Assembly: GCA_030390025.1 (NCBI GenBank)
Contig: CM059446.1
Span: 2,914,001 to 2,978,000 of the forward strand
DNA length: 64,000 bases
Direction of reading: 5' to 3'
Source of the DNA: Squalus acanthias
Lineage: Eukaryota
The notes under the pieces: generated by a model
Told to the model about the DNA's origin: nothing
Seen by the model: the letters and a program-made list of their open reading frames with translations, nothing else
Database searches by the model: none
Made by a program: the position numbers and the translations under genes
In this document: positions 13,065-25,619 of the stretch, piece by piece
Numbering within the stretch: the stretch's first letter is position 1
Layout of the letters: each line of letters opens with the position of its first letter

Positions 13065-13214
13065 CTATTCTATCGGGTGACAGATGACAAAGCTAAACAC
13101 ACAGAGCTCTATTTGGTGGGGATGGTGTGTTACTATGGTAAACACTATTCTACCTTCTTTTTCCAAACAAAAATTCGCAAATGGATGTATTTTGATGATG
13201 CCCATGTGAAAGAG
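13065..13214 (+). CDS. USP54: USP54 exon with His box and Asp (LFYRVTDD...[10 protein letters not shown]...YFDDAHVKE)
   Basis: ttacag acceptor, gtagga donor, 150 nt, phase 0-0. Confidence 0.96.
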
Positions 13215-14040
13215 GTAGGAGTTCTTTACCTAAAATGCTGTATTTTTGTCATTGATGTAATTTAGTCAGAGTCCTGATTATTACTGGCCTTTTAAGTTGC
13301 GGATTGCCTCAGGGTCGGCAATAACCACAGTACATGAGTAAAGTAACTGTGACAGCCTCTTCTTCAGCTGTCTTATGCTTAGTTCATGTCTTTGCTTCCC
13401 CCGCACATGGTTTAGAATGGTGTTTTGAACTGTATATTCTGACAGTCATGTCTGAATGAATCCTGCTGGGAGGCAGCCTCCCCCACACTCTGAAGCTGCT
13501 TCTCAGTAAAAGGAGTGCACAGTTTTTAAGTGTGGTCAGGTCAGAACAGTTCCTCCTCTCAGTAATTCCATCTGAGAGCAGCAACGTTTAATTCAGAGCC
13601 GCATCACTGTTGGAAGAGATATGTGACGTGATCTAAGTCTACCTGTGACGATGCAGCCTTTCTTATGGTGTATTAGTGACCTTTGCGCTCTCCACTTCAC
13701 CTCTACATTCAATTCGCAGCTTAGATTGCCAAATAAGGAGTGTTGCTCCCTGCTCCCCTTTATAAAAAATCTCTGATCTCAGCGTAAACAAATGAATGCA
13801 TTATGTTTGCTACTGTTGCAAGGAGTAAATAGCACCAGTTTCCTTACCCCACACAGCTACAAATAAGTTGGCATATAACAAGACTAAGTACAATTTACCT
13901 TTTATGAAGGCCATGTTTTTAGACTTATTTGGATTGTGAATGCTAGTTTAAAAACATTGAAACAGTTTCAGTGCTGATGAGGCAGTTGAAGTTGTACAGT
14001 AATAACTACAGTGTCGCAACTCTTCCTATTTTCGATTTAG

Positions 14041-14206
14041 ATTGGACCCAAATGGAAGGACGTAGTGACCAGATGTATTAAAAGCCACTATCAGCCGTTA
14101 CTACTTCTGTATGCAGATCCAAGAGGCACTCCTGTGTCTGTACAGGATCTGCCCCTAGCAGATGGTCATCAGTACAGCAGAACCTGTTATGACAGTGAAG
14201 ATTCAG
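14041..14206 (+). CDS. USP54: USP54 exon ([27 protein letters not shown]...YDSEDS)
   Basis: atttag acceptor, gtaatt donor, 166 nt, phase 0-1. Confidence 0.95.
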
Positions 14207-14714
14207 GTAATTATGACTTTAATTATTCATGGGTGATTAAAATATCTCTCGTTGCACTTGATTCATTGTGGACAGAGCGACGAAAGGACTCCGAGTACTT
14301 CATTTTACCCCAGAAGGATTGCACAAGTGCCAGTTTTTTTTCTTAAACTTTATTTTTTGCATTCTTCCTCCACTCACCAATGCCAATACCACGCAGTGTT
14401 CCTCCTAGGTCAGCAGGCAGTCTGCTGTCAGGCCTCTGCTAGCATTTCCGATGAGATAATTGTGTCTTGGAATTTTGTAGGAGTAATCAGGAATGAATAC
14501 AAGTTCTTCCTTTGTGAGGATGCGACTGTCCCTTGTTGTCGCCTGCAACATCTAGGATGTGATTGGAAAGCTGCTATGTGGGGGAATTACAGGATGAAAG
14601 TCATGTCTTGCATGTTTTACTTCTTTGCTTTAAAATCTTCGATCCTTAGCCAGTTAATTTCTTGGCACAAAATGTTACATTATAAAGGCTCCGTTTAAAG
14701 GCTTCCACATATTT

Positions 14715-16415
14715 TAATCAGGTCAAAGCTCTGCCGTCCTGCCACATCAAGTCGCGAATGGTGGTGGACAATTACCCAACTAACTGGCAGAGGAGGCTCC
14801 CTGAACATCCCCAACCTCAATGCTGGAGGAGCCCAGCATGTGAGTGCAAAAGACAAGGCTGAAGTGTTCGCCACCATCCCCAGCCAGAAGTGCCGAGAGG
14901 ATGATCCTTCTCTGCCTGCTCCTGAGGTCCCCACCATCACAGATGCCAGTCCTTCAGCCAATTCGGTTAAGGCTACAGGTACTGACAATATCCAGGTTGT
15001 AGTGCTGAAGACCTGTGCTCCAGAACTAGCCTTTAGCCAAGCTGTTCCAGTACAGCTACAACACTGGCATCGGACCGACAATATGGAAAATTGCCCAGCT
15101 ATGTCATGCCCATAAAAAGCCAATTACCGCCTCATTAGCCTACTCCTAATCAGCAATGTGATGGAAGGATATGTCGACCGCGCTATCAAGCAGCACTTAC
15201 TCACCAAAAACCTGCTCACCAATGCTCTGTTTGGGTTCCGCCAGGACTACTCTGTTCCAGACCTCATTACAGCTTTAATCCAAACACGAGGTGAATTCCA
15301 AAGGTGAGGAAAGAGTGACTGCCCTTGACATCAAGGCAGCATTTGACTGAGTGTGACACCCAGGAGCCCTAGCAAAACTGAAGTCAATGGGGATCAGTGG
15401 GGAAAATTACCAGTGGCTGGAGTCATACCTGATTCAAAGGAAAATGGTTGTCGTTGTTGGAGGTCAATCACCTTAGCCCCCGGATGACGCTGCAGGATTT
15501 CCTCAGGGCAGTGTCCTAGGCCCAACCATCTTCAGCTGTTTCATCAATGACCTTCCCTCCATCATAAGGTCAAAAGTGGAGATGTTCGATGATGATTACA
15601 GTGTTCAGTTCCATTCGCACTTCCTCAGATAATGAAGTAGTCCATGCCTGCATGTAGCAAGACCTGAACAACATCCAGGCTTGGACTGATAAGTGGCAAG
15701 TAACATTCGCGCCCCTCAGGTGTCAGGCAAAGAACATCACTAATGAGAGAGCATAACCACCTCCTCTTGACAATCAGTGGCATTAGCATTGCCGAGTCCC
15801 CCACTATCAACATCCTAGGGGGTCACCATTGACCAGAAACTCAAGCTATATATATGCCATGGCTACTAGAGTATGTCAGAGGCTGAGTACTCTGTGGCGA
15901 GTGGCTCATCTACTGACTCCCTAAAGCGCCTCTACCACCTACAAAGCACAAGTCAGAAGTGTGATGGAATACTCTCCACTTGCCTGGATAGAAGCAGTTG
16001 CAACAACATTTGAGAAGTTCGACACCATCCAGTCTGTTTAATCGGCACCCCATCCACCAGCTTAAACATCTACTCCCTCCACCATTGGTGTACCGTGGCT
16101 GTAGTGTGTACTATCTACAGGATGCACTGCAGCAACTCAACAAGGCATCTTCGGCAGCAACTCCCAAACCCTTGACCTCTACCACCTAGAAGGACAAGGG
16201 CAGCAGGCACATGGGAAACACCACCTCCTCCAAGTTCCCCTCCAAGTCTCACGCCATCCCTCCTTCGAACTCCCTGCCTAACAGCATTGTGGAAGCACCT
16301 TCATCACTAGAAATGTAGCGGTTCAAGAAGAAGGTCCATCACCACTTTCTCGGGCAACTAGGGATGGGCAATAAATTCTGGCCTTGCCAATGACGCCTAC
16401 ATCCTGAGAATTAAT
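14715..16415 (+). mobile_element. CR1-clade LINE of a second family, 5'-truncated, decayed RT
   Basis: SAKDKAEVFATI, ALDIKAAFD, PQGSVLGPTIFSCFINDLP, YKAQVRSVMEYSPLAW; ends ggcaactagggatgggcaataaa... Confidence 0.85.
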
Positions 16416-16789
16416 TTTTACCACTGAAGTATTCATGCTGCTTTTGTGTTTTGAAATTGATTTGCATCCCTTGTGAAAATGGCCAGTTTTTCCAAATGTT
16501 CACCACCAGCCTGTAGAAACTGTTACTCATGTCTTCATATTTGCTCTTGGGGAAAATTGGACATCGCTGGTGTGGATGAGAGCAGTCTTCACATGAGAAC
16601 CCCTTTCATAGAGATGTAGAGAAGTCCCTGAACTTTCTCATGCTTTTTGAAGGTTGTTCAGAATGCCATCGGTGGGATCATAGGAGCAGATCATCTGCTA
16701 GTTTGTGGTCAGAAAAGTAGAAAGGATTAGAAAATGCCCACAAAAACAAATCCATCAGTAGAAAACATTAGAAATGCAAAGTTGGTAAA

Positions 16790-17100
16790 TGCACTGCCCA
16801 GTCTGTTACTGAGATGCACGGACGAGGATGATCCCATTATTTGATCCCCAATCTGGTCTGTGTTGACACATCTCAGCCAGGGTGGTTGGGCGCTCCACTT
16901 GGCCTTTGTGCTCTTGGCTAGGCATCCTGCTGTGATCCAGGAATGGCGCTGTGTGCACTAGCTGATGGCAGAATCAGGTTTGATCGCGACACTAACTGTC
17001 CAAGCTGAAATAAGAATGAGGGACTGGCTTAGAAGCGATACATCCCGAGGTACCAGAGGGTAGCTGGTGCCTGCGGAATCGCACCCGAGCAGGTGTTGGA
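16790..17100 (+). mobile_element. Old SINE-like repeat (unclassified)
   Basis: Partial similarity to the reverse complement of 28100-28230 and 30690-30850. Confidence 0.35.
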
Positions 17101-17728
17101 CTTTTGGGGCTGTAGGGGAGAAAGGGGTGAGAATATGAGTTGGGGGGTGGTAGCGGAGTTGTTAGTTGCGAGCTCTAACTTCTGCTCATTAGTTCCCCTG
17201 CAGATGTCATCTACAATCACAATTCAAACCAATATATTCACGACCAAAGCACACAAACATTTCATTCCAATTCTATGTAGCATTTACTTTTTCCTCTTGG
17301 AAAAGGGTTCTGACAATGAGACTGGCTTATTAATGATTTAAGTTTGTTTAGATATGATGTAAACTGAAGTTTGGGGAAAGTCTGTATGGAGTGTTTACTT
17401 GCTAAGCACAATACTTGGATTTCCTGTTTTTCTTAAATTAACTGATAAAGGTGACCGTGTAGAAATTATGTTTTTGAAGCTATTTCCCCTTGAAAGTTGC
17501 TGAGTTTGAAAGGCTTATGTGTAGATTAAGAGTTGATTCATGGGTGCCTGACTGTTCTAAAATGAAAAGGCTTTTGTTTCCTCCGCCGGATTGCACTCCT
17601 TTAAAAGTGTTTGCCAGAACTGGTGCACAGCAAAACCAATTTAGATGGCAGGTATAACTGTCTGGAATATATTGTGTGCTCTGGATAGTCTTACTGACTC
17701 ATGTTTTTTATGGCTTGTCTTTCTGCAG

Positions 17729-17899
17729 GAAGAGAGCCATCTATATCGAGTGACAGCAGGACAGATTCTTCTAATGAGAGCTACCATTACAAACACAGTC
17801 ATCAGGAGTCTATGGTCAGCCATTTCTCTTCCGACTCCCAGGGTACAGTGATTTATAACATGGAGAATGATACAGCCTCTCAAAGCAGCAGGGACACAG
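17729..17899 (+). CDS. USP54: USP54 exon ([14 protein letters not shown]...SQSSRDT)
   Basis: ctgcag acceptor, gtacta donor, 171 nt, phase 1-1. Confidence 0.93.
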
Positions 17900-18827
17900 G
17901 TACTATAAATTCAGAAATGATGCGTAGCCCTAAGAATAGAAAATCAATCTCTGGCAGAACAGATCCTGGCAAAATGGATTAAATTAAGACAATAAAGGAT
18001 TGTCATTTTAGGAGAAGAAATTTTACAGTGGATCCAGCGAATTGAAGTGTAATAAAATCTGAAAGAAATTGAATAAATTCTCATAAATTTTCAACCCAAT
18101 GCATGAGCCATTAAGAGTACGTGTTTTGTTAGACCCTTCGAAAATATCACTAAGTAATATTTTGTGAGTACAAGTCCTGTTGAAGGAATTAAACCTTGTA
18201 GATTCCTTTTTGTTTTACTTATGATGCATAGGTTCAGATTCATCAGCTCATGTAGGCTTTTGATGTGCTGTAGCATGGAATAGGAGTGCTCCTTTATCTA
18301 ATATATTGACCTGCCACCTGGAATTAAAATAGTCGAATCAGCTGAAATAATGTACATGGTGCCTGGAGAACTCCTCGGTCTCTTTAACAAGTGGTTGCCA
18401 TGACAGTTACCTGTTCTGCAACCAGCTGTATTTCACTTGCAGAGGTTTTGCTGCTGCTTACCTGGGTCACTGCTTGCTATGTTGTGGTCACTGCTGATGA
18501 TTAACCAGCCAACCTGGCAGGTCAAAGGGACTGGGAGGGGTAGACCTGTCATTGGGAAGTGGGATTCTTCTGACGAGGCTCCAGGTAAGCCAGCAAGCTA
18601 ATGCCCAATTGCTGGGTGGTCATGGCTGGACAAGCAATGGAAAACTTGCCAGTGCTTTGTATTGCACCTTGTATATTCCAGCAGTACCTCTGCACGCACT
18701 CGTGGTCCCCGAGCTCTGGTTCTTGCCTACGCTCTCTGGAGTTAAGTCCGTCTGGTGTATCACTGCGAGGAGTACGTATTCAAAATGGGCAAACAGAAAC
18801 CCGATCTGTGTGGATTTCTCTAAACAT

Positions 18828-19682
18828 CTACTTGCATTTATACAGTGCCTTCAACGTAGAAAAACATCCAATGCACTTTGAGGCATAATCAAAAAAAATG
18901 GATGCCAAGCCAAAGCACTAGATATTGGGAAGGGCAACCAAAAGCATTTAGGGAGGGTCTTAAAAGAGGAAAGGGAGGTGGCGGGGTTTAGTGCAGGAAC
19001 TCAGGATGTGGAAGTAGATAATCTTTGTATTGACGAGGATATTGGGTGGGAAGCTCAGCTCGGGGTTGAACAGGACAATGAGGTTGTGATGGTCTAGTTC
19101 AGCCAGAGAGGGGGCTGGAATCAGTGGCATAGGTAGAGTTTGTGGTGGGGGCTGAAGACGATGGCTCCAGTCTTACCAATGTTTAACTGAAAAAAATTGT
19201 GCCTCATCCAAGACTGGATATTGGTCTGACAGCACACGGGCCATGGAGAGGCTGACAGAAGTGATGGAAAGGTAGAACTGGGCGTCATCAGCACACATGT
19301 GTAAGCTGATCCTGTGTCTGCAGATGATGTCATCAAGGGGCATCATGTAGGAGAGGAAGAGGTCAAGGATAGATCATTGGGGAACTCTGGGGGGGATCAC
19401 AGTGCAGGGGCAGGAAGGGAAACTATTGCTGGAGATGGTCTGGCTACAATCGTCTAAGAGTGGAACCAAGCAAGGGCAATTCCACTGAGCTGGACTACAG
19501 AGGAGAAGCATTAAAGGAGGGATGTGGAATGGACCCGTGTCTGCAGTAAGACTACAGAAAGGGCAAGGCAGGCTAATGTATATTTGTGACGATGGTTAGG
19601 GCTGTTTTAGTGCTGTGGTCGGGGTGGAAACCTGATTGGAGAGGTTCAGACAAGGACTTGCAGTGGAGATGGGCATGGATTG
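18828..19682 (-). mobile_element. L2 LINE fragments including the 3' end
   Basis: Minus-strand HMCADD and IQSWMRHNFFQLNIGKT; 3' tail similar to the copy at 52503. Confidence 0.8.
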
Positions 19683-19889
19683 GGAAATTGTGGGGATCTC
19701 TCAGTAGCTTGGGTTGGACACTCGGCCATGGTGGTGGATTTCATTGCATGTTGAACGTCTGGCTGACTGTCCTTTTAAAAATAAAAAATCTGCTGATGCA
19801 TACACAATTTTACTTTAAGGGCCTTTGTTTCCAAGAAAGAAATTGCCCATGTATTGGCATTTAGTGCACAAATGCAACGTGACTTGAGA

Positions 19890-20290
19890 AGCTTGGGATG
19901 TTTTCATTAGAGTTGGAAGGTTAAGCAGTGACCTGATGGAGGGGTTATGATGTAAATAATATTGTTTCCACTGCTTGATGAGGGCACATGTAAGATCAGG
20001 ACACAGATGGGAAGGGGAGGTTAGAAAAATTTCCTTTACACAGAGTGGCACTTCATAACGTCCAGCAGAGCTTTTGAAATGGTTTGTGTTTGTGGACACA
20101 CTCATGCTCCCAAAACCAATTTTACTGGTTGGGAGGGAAGTAAGAGATCACTAACTATGGTATAATTACAGCCTTTGTTTGATAATGACAGGAGTGTTAA
20201 TACCATGAATCGCAGTGAGTATTGACAGCACTGTGTCGGCCAGTGAGTTGGAGGTGGGGCAATCCATTTAGTTGGCTCTGCCATATTCTT
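19890..20290 (+). mobile_element. Highly degraded CR1 3' fragment
   Basis: gagaagcttgggatgttttcattagag...aaggttaagcagtgacctgat...ttcctttacacagagtgg resembles the CR1 3' region. Confidence 0.5.
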
Positions 20291-20341
20291 TTCTTTTTAA
20301 AATTATTCATTTTATCTTAAGAAATTGATATTTTGTCCCAG

Positions 20342-20497
20342 GGCATCATACAGACAGTGAATCTAACCAACGACCTCCTTTCAAAAAAGGGATTTCTGTG
20401 GATAGAAGGCGGAGTTCCAGCCGACCTAGGCGCCCTGATAATCGAGGGAAAGCAGAGAAATCTGATGAAGTTCCGTCCTGTGGTTATCACAGTGAAG
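20342..20497 (+). CDS. USP54: USP54 exon (HHTDSESNQRPPFKKG...CGYHSE)
   Basis: tcccag acceptor, gtgagg donor, 156 nt, phase 1-1; matches recalled human GHLTDSECNQ...GYHSEG. Confidence 0.92.
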
Positions 20498-20663
20498 GTG
20501 AGGAAAGGAATTTATCTAGCGCCCCTGTTGCGAAAGTACCGTGAACTTGGAAGTGCAGGTTGGTACGGGTGCGGCTGTGAAGGGTGATGGGTGCTCGTGA
20601 ATAGTGGAGTTGCTGCTCTTGTGTACACTTTAGCCTTTGTGTCTTTCATGTCCGAAATTGCAG

Positions 20664-21354
20664 GTGAAACGTTGAAAGAGAAACAAGCCCCGAGAACTGG
20701 ACCAAAACCTGCTACTAGTAGATTAAAGGACTTCAGAGAAACTATGAGCAATATTATTCATAACCGACCTTTACATAACCAAGACCAGAGTAACAACAAA
20801 CCCATTCCAGCAAAGGTGGTGGACCCTGTAGATAATGGCAGCTTTCGAATGTCAGGTGGACGGTCACGAGACTGGGAAATAGAAAGCACCAGCAGTGAAT
20901 CTAAATCGAGCTCATCGAGCAGGTCAAAGACCTACTTGTGGAAACCCAAACGAGAGGTCCTCAATATTGACAGTATTTTCACGAAAGAGAAAAGGAGAAT
21001 TGCATGTTACACACAGATGAATACGACGCCTGAGGATGGCATTAAAGATTTGAACCACAATAAGGCTGAAAGTTCAGTAAGTGTTGGAGGTGCTCCTTTG
21101 ACACTAGACAATACAAAGAATGAAGGGAAAGGCGTACAGATAAATAATGACAGATACGAGAAGGCTGGGTATCCTGGTAAAAGTATGCAACAAACGGGGA
21201 TCCACAGTCTGGGAGAAAGTGAACGTTTTATTCAGAGAATGGAGTCTGGCTACGAGAGCAGTGAGCGCAACAGCAACAGTCCAGTCAGTTTGGATACTTC
21301 GGTTACTGATGGGATGCCAGGTGGAGTGCACAGCTCCAGTGCCAACCCTTTCAG
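20664..21354 (+). CDS. USP54: USP54 exon (ETLKEKQAPR...RDWEIESTSSESKSS...QRMESGYESSERNS...ANPF)
   Basis: ttgcag acceptor, gtaaat donor, 691 nt, phase 1-2; lies within ORF 20591..21358. Confidence 0.94.
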
Positions 21355-22076
21355 GTAAATCAGTCTGATTACTTGGCATTTCTTACTCGCTGTCAGAGCA
21401 GGGAGTCATGAATTTAATTTTGCTTTATACTGTATGTCAGATACATGAAAGTTCAAGAATTGCCTCCATTTGTACAAAGTAACTTTCAAAATTTCTAGTG
21501 TATATTTTTCCAATATCAATATTTTTAAGGGGGAAATGAAAATGAAATCCAGTGAGCTTGACCGAGTGTACCGCCTCGCCTCCGCCCTATCCAATGTGGG
21601 CTCTATGTTCAGTAGTAGCAGAAACAATGGTAACAGCACCATGGGATTCTTGCTGTACTAACAGACATTTATTCTTTGACTGGCAGTTAGGATTGAAGTA
21701 CAATTTATTTTTTATTTTCTGCAGTAAATATATTGGCAAAAACAGTTAATTTTGGTTAGTGTGTGTTTGTGTACATACATACAAACCATTTAATTCATTT
21801 GATATCAATTATAAACATTGCTCCAGATGTGCAAACTAAATAAATGATCAACACAACAGCGATTATCATAAAAAATACTGCAAACTCCTCTTTATGCCTG
21901 CAATCTGTCCTTCATTGCAAGATTACATCCCTGTCTACCTCAGTTAATTTCCCTTTGGACTTTCCTCCAGTATACCTGTGGGAATTGATATAATCTGTCA
22001 GTCTCAGTGGGCACTCCCGTGCCTTACAGTAAATGTCGATTTCTCTGAGGCTCTGTGTGTCCTGCTCTTTTTAAAG

Positions 22077-22210
22077 GGAAACCAATGCTAAGAAACCAGT
22101 CAGTTCTGGTCCTTCATGGAAAACTGTTCCCAAGTCCAAGAGCAGCAGTGCCTTACAACAGGAATCGTCTGCAGCCTCCAAGAGCTGGGTGAATATGCAG
22201 CAGAATTTCA
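22077..22210 (+). CDS. USP54: USP54 exon (ETNAKKPVSSGPSWKTVPKSKSSSALQQ...MQQNF)
   Basis: ttaaag acceptor, gtaaga donor, 134 nt, phase 2-1; matches recalled human PSWRHIPKSHSSS. Confidence 0.9.
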
Positions 22211-22844
22211 GTAAGAAAACCTTTTATATCCTAATGCTGAATGGTGTTTTTTCTGATGGATGGTAATTGTATTGAAATTGCACCATGTCACACTTGCATA
22301 TGATGTTATGATGAACTGACTCTCAGCTTTTTCTCTTTCTCCATTTAACATACGAACATAAGTTAAAAGTTTGTTTAAAAAAAGTATTTCATTATTATTT
22401 TGAAAATGCATAAAACAAGATGTTGAAACTGTTCCTGATGGTCTTGGGCATCATTATATTGGTGAAATAACTTCTGCATGAGCATGTTTATTTTCCTAAT
22501 TTAAAAAAAAACATGAGTAGTAAGTGTCTTCCCTGGGTGGTGTGACATGTTCAGCAGTGGATGATCGACCCATTTGCTCAAGAGTTTCCGCTTATCAGTT
22601 GAGTTGAATCAGCAGTAAAAATCCTTCCATTTCACCCCTTCCAACTTTCAGTAACTTGTATTAGACTTTACCACTTTTTAAAAAAGAATAACTGCAATTT
22701 TCTGTCCTAATTGACTTTCATGTGAGTTGTATTCTGAGACCCGATGACTGTAACCAGCCTGTTGTAATAATACTTTGACTTCTACGGGTTGGTCAATGCT
22801 AGAGGTGATTTTATCTCAGTTACCTCCTGAAGCTGACTTTAGAT

Positions 22845-23250
22845 GACCCTAGAGTTTAGAAAACTGAGAGGTGATCTCATTGAAACATATAAAATCCTTA
22901 AGGGACTTCACAGAGTAGATGCTGAGAGGCTGTTTCCCCTGGCTGGGGAGTCTAGAACCAGGGGTCACAGTCTCAGAATAAGGGGTCGGCCATTTAGGAC
23001 TGAGATGAGGAGAAATTTCTTCACTCAGAGGGTGGTGAATCTTTGGAATTCTCTGCCCCAGAGGGCTGGGGAGGCTCAGTCGTTGAGCATATTCAAGACA
23101 GAGATCAAGAGATTTTTTGATATTTAGGGAATCGAGGGATATGTGGATAGAGCGGGAAGGTGGAGGTGAGTTGAAGATCAGCCATGATCTTATTGAATGG
23201 CGAAGCAGGCTCGAAGGGCCGATTGGCCTACTCCTGCTCCTATTATTTTC
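22845..23250 (+). mobile_element. CR1 LINE 3' end, young copy
   Basis: Intact 94-aa LEFRKLRGDLIETYKIL...RTRGHSLRI...FFTQRVVNLWNSLP plus 3' UTR. Confidence 0.93.
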
Positions 23251-25595
23251 TGATGACCTTCAAATATATGGGCTAGAAGAGCAAAATTGATTTGAGTGCC
23301 AGCACTAAAATACATCGATCCAAGAGAAAGTCCCAAATCGTTAGAAATAGCGAAGCAGAGTTTTTTTTGTTTTAAATATTTGTTGCAGAACTTGTCATGA
23401 AACATCTCTTTTTTAAAAAAAAAGATCTTTATAAAGTATGCTGTTTAATTACATTAATGGCCGTAAGAGAGTTGGACTCCATTGCAATTAACTTGCATGT
23501 TAATTGGGTTTTGGTGGTTGAATTGTTAATAGGATTCCAAAACTTCTCTACCCATTTTCTTTTAAACTTTTAAACAATTCATAGTAGCTTTACTCAGGCT
23601 GCTAATTTGTACTGAGCTGTAGCTGTGCAATCTGCCCATTTTCAAGTTGAGCATTGCAGTGTCAGATGTGATGGGCTCAGTATCTTGGCTACCATTTTGT
23701 CCAGCTGGAGCTATTGAAGGGATGTTTATTCTGTTGCATTGAGGTTACCTTTGCAACTATAAAGGACAGTGTTCTCCGGGATGGTAAGTGTACATTTAAC
23801 TCTTGCACTCCTGGTGACAGTGCAGTTTATAATTAGCAACTGCTCCCATGAGCTACTGACATCTCGGCAATGCTTCGTACTTGTTAAATGCAACCTGATA
23901 AAATTATTAAAATGTAACCTGGTTGATTCAACTACATCAAACTGTGATGCTCTGTCTCCTGATTGGCTGGAAAATTGGTGTTTAGAAACAGAGGCATGTG
24001 GTGGCTTCCCCGAGAGTGGATTATTTGTTCTTTGAATTCACTGTCTGTACTGAGCACTCTTGGGTCTGGTACCTTCTGGGTAAAGTCCAGAGCAATGTGC
24101 TGTCTTGGTAAATGTCGTGTACTTTAAGCTGAACTTTGGAAGATTACTCTTTATGAACCAGTGCAACATTTCCTCATCCCCACAGCAAGCATATTCCCAG
24201 TGAGGTTGTCCAGTTATGGGCTGTTTTGTGCTGTTACCCATGTTAATTGGGAATTGGATTGAGATGACCCAAACTCATTTAGTATTAAGAGGGAGAAGAA
24301 GGTTCTGAATTGCTTTTAACCCGGGTGCAAGTGTTGAAAGAGCAACATTCCGGAATGCTCTGTCACCACTCGCCCGTCCTTGCAGTTAGCAAATGTTCTT
24401 GCGACTTGCTCTGATATTTGTTGCAGTAAGTGATTTTGACGTTCTTTTTGTAACAGTCTTGCAGTGGACTCGGCTACAACTGTACATACTCATGACCAAT
24501 AGCTGCCAGGGACCAATGGATTGAGTTCAGTAAGCATCTCGTGCATTCTGTAATAGGATCTTTAAGGCCTGTTGACTTCGATGAGCTGATAAAATTACTC
24601 TTCTGGCACAGCAGCTACTCCTGATTGTGTTTAATCTCTCTCTCACCTGACACACACACAGACACACACACACACACCCACCTTCATTATGTGCCTGATT
24701 TCTTTTTTTTAAAAACAAAAAATTCCACAGAACCACAAATTCTCAGCTATCACAGATGCATCGAGTGCCGCGGAGTCTCTTGTATAAGGACGTGGTCAGC
24801 TGGTCCACCTAGAGGTGCAAGCTGAAACAAAGCAGCAAAGCAGCCTCTAATGATGTGAACACAAGCCGTTGTCGTAGCTGAGCATTTTATTTAAGCAGCT
24901 AACTGTTCACAGCTTATCTGCAAGAATCTTAAAACCAAATGGGTTTTCAGTTTGGAGTGCAGCACGGTGGAAACATGTGGGCCGATCACCCGCCCAGTCG
25001 ACTGCTTCCTGTAGTCCTGTTTTGATGTGTACAAACTTAACCATCCTGTTGTCAGGAAGTTGACCACTTGTTCTGTCCCCAACTCCCATTTTTAACTTTA
25101 AATTGCTTGCCAGATTAACAGGAAAGGTATTTAAATGAAGCCTCCGTGCATAGGATCAGCAGAACAATTGGTTGTAACGTGGCTGCACTGACACAATGCT
25201 GCAGCAGCTGCTCCACCCGGCACTACTGATGCTCCCTGTGCACACAGGATGGGGAGTGTATTTTTCAAGTTTCTGAAAAATACACGCTTCCCCTCCACTT
25301 GTGTCCCTTTACCAGCTGCAGTGTAGCTCCCCACTAGTTTCGCTTGAATTAGACTCATTCTCCCAGGTACTGAAATTTAGACTTGACTATAACAATTCTC
25401 TCTCCAATTTCTTTTTTTTTAAATGGTATTTTGTGTTCTGTATTTGTATGCAGCCACATCAGTGACAGTTAATCCTCCTGATACGCCACAGCTGACCCCA
25501 GATCATAAGTATTTGGTGACATGGCTACCTTGCTAAGTCATCTACCTTGCTAAGTCATCCACCTTTGCCCAGTCCCCTGGATGCTGCGTTAGCTA

Positions 25596-25619
25596 GTGTG
25601 TGTGTGTGTGTGTGTGTGT
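25596..25619. repeat. (GT)12 microsatellite
   Basis: Read directly; an imperfect (CA)n also lies at about 24650-24676. Confidence 0.95.

Noticed and set aside
21530-21629. Extra USP54 exon in ORF 21470..21661 (GEMKMKSSELDRVYRL...)
   Set aside because: The AG at 21528-21529 is phase 0 for that ORF but the intron is phase 2; in the required frame a TGA follows within three codons.
23758-23789. TATA box plus ATG|GTAAGT coding first exon
   Set aside because: The ATG would splice in phase 0 to a phase-1 exon, and the TATA is too close to the donor to leave a real exon.
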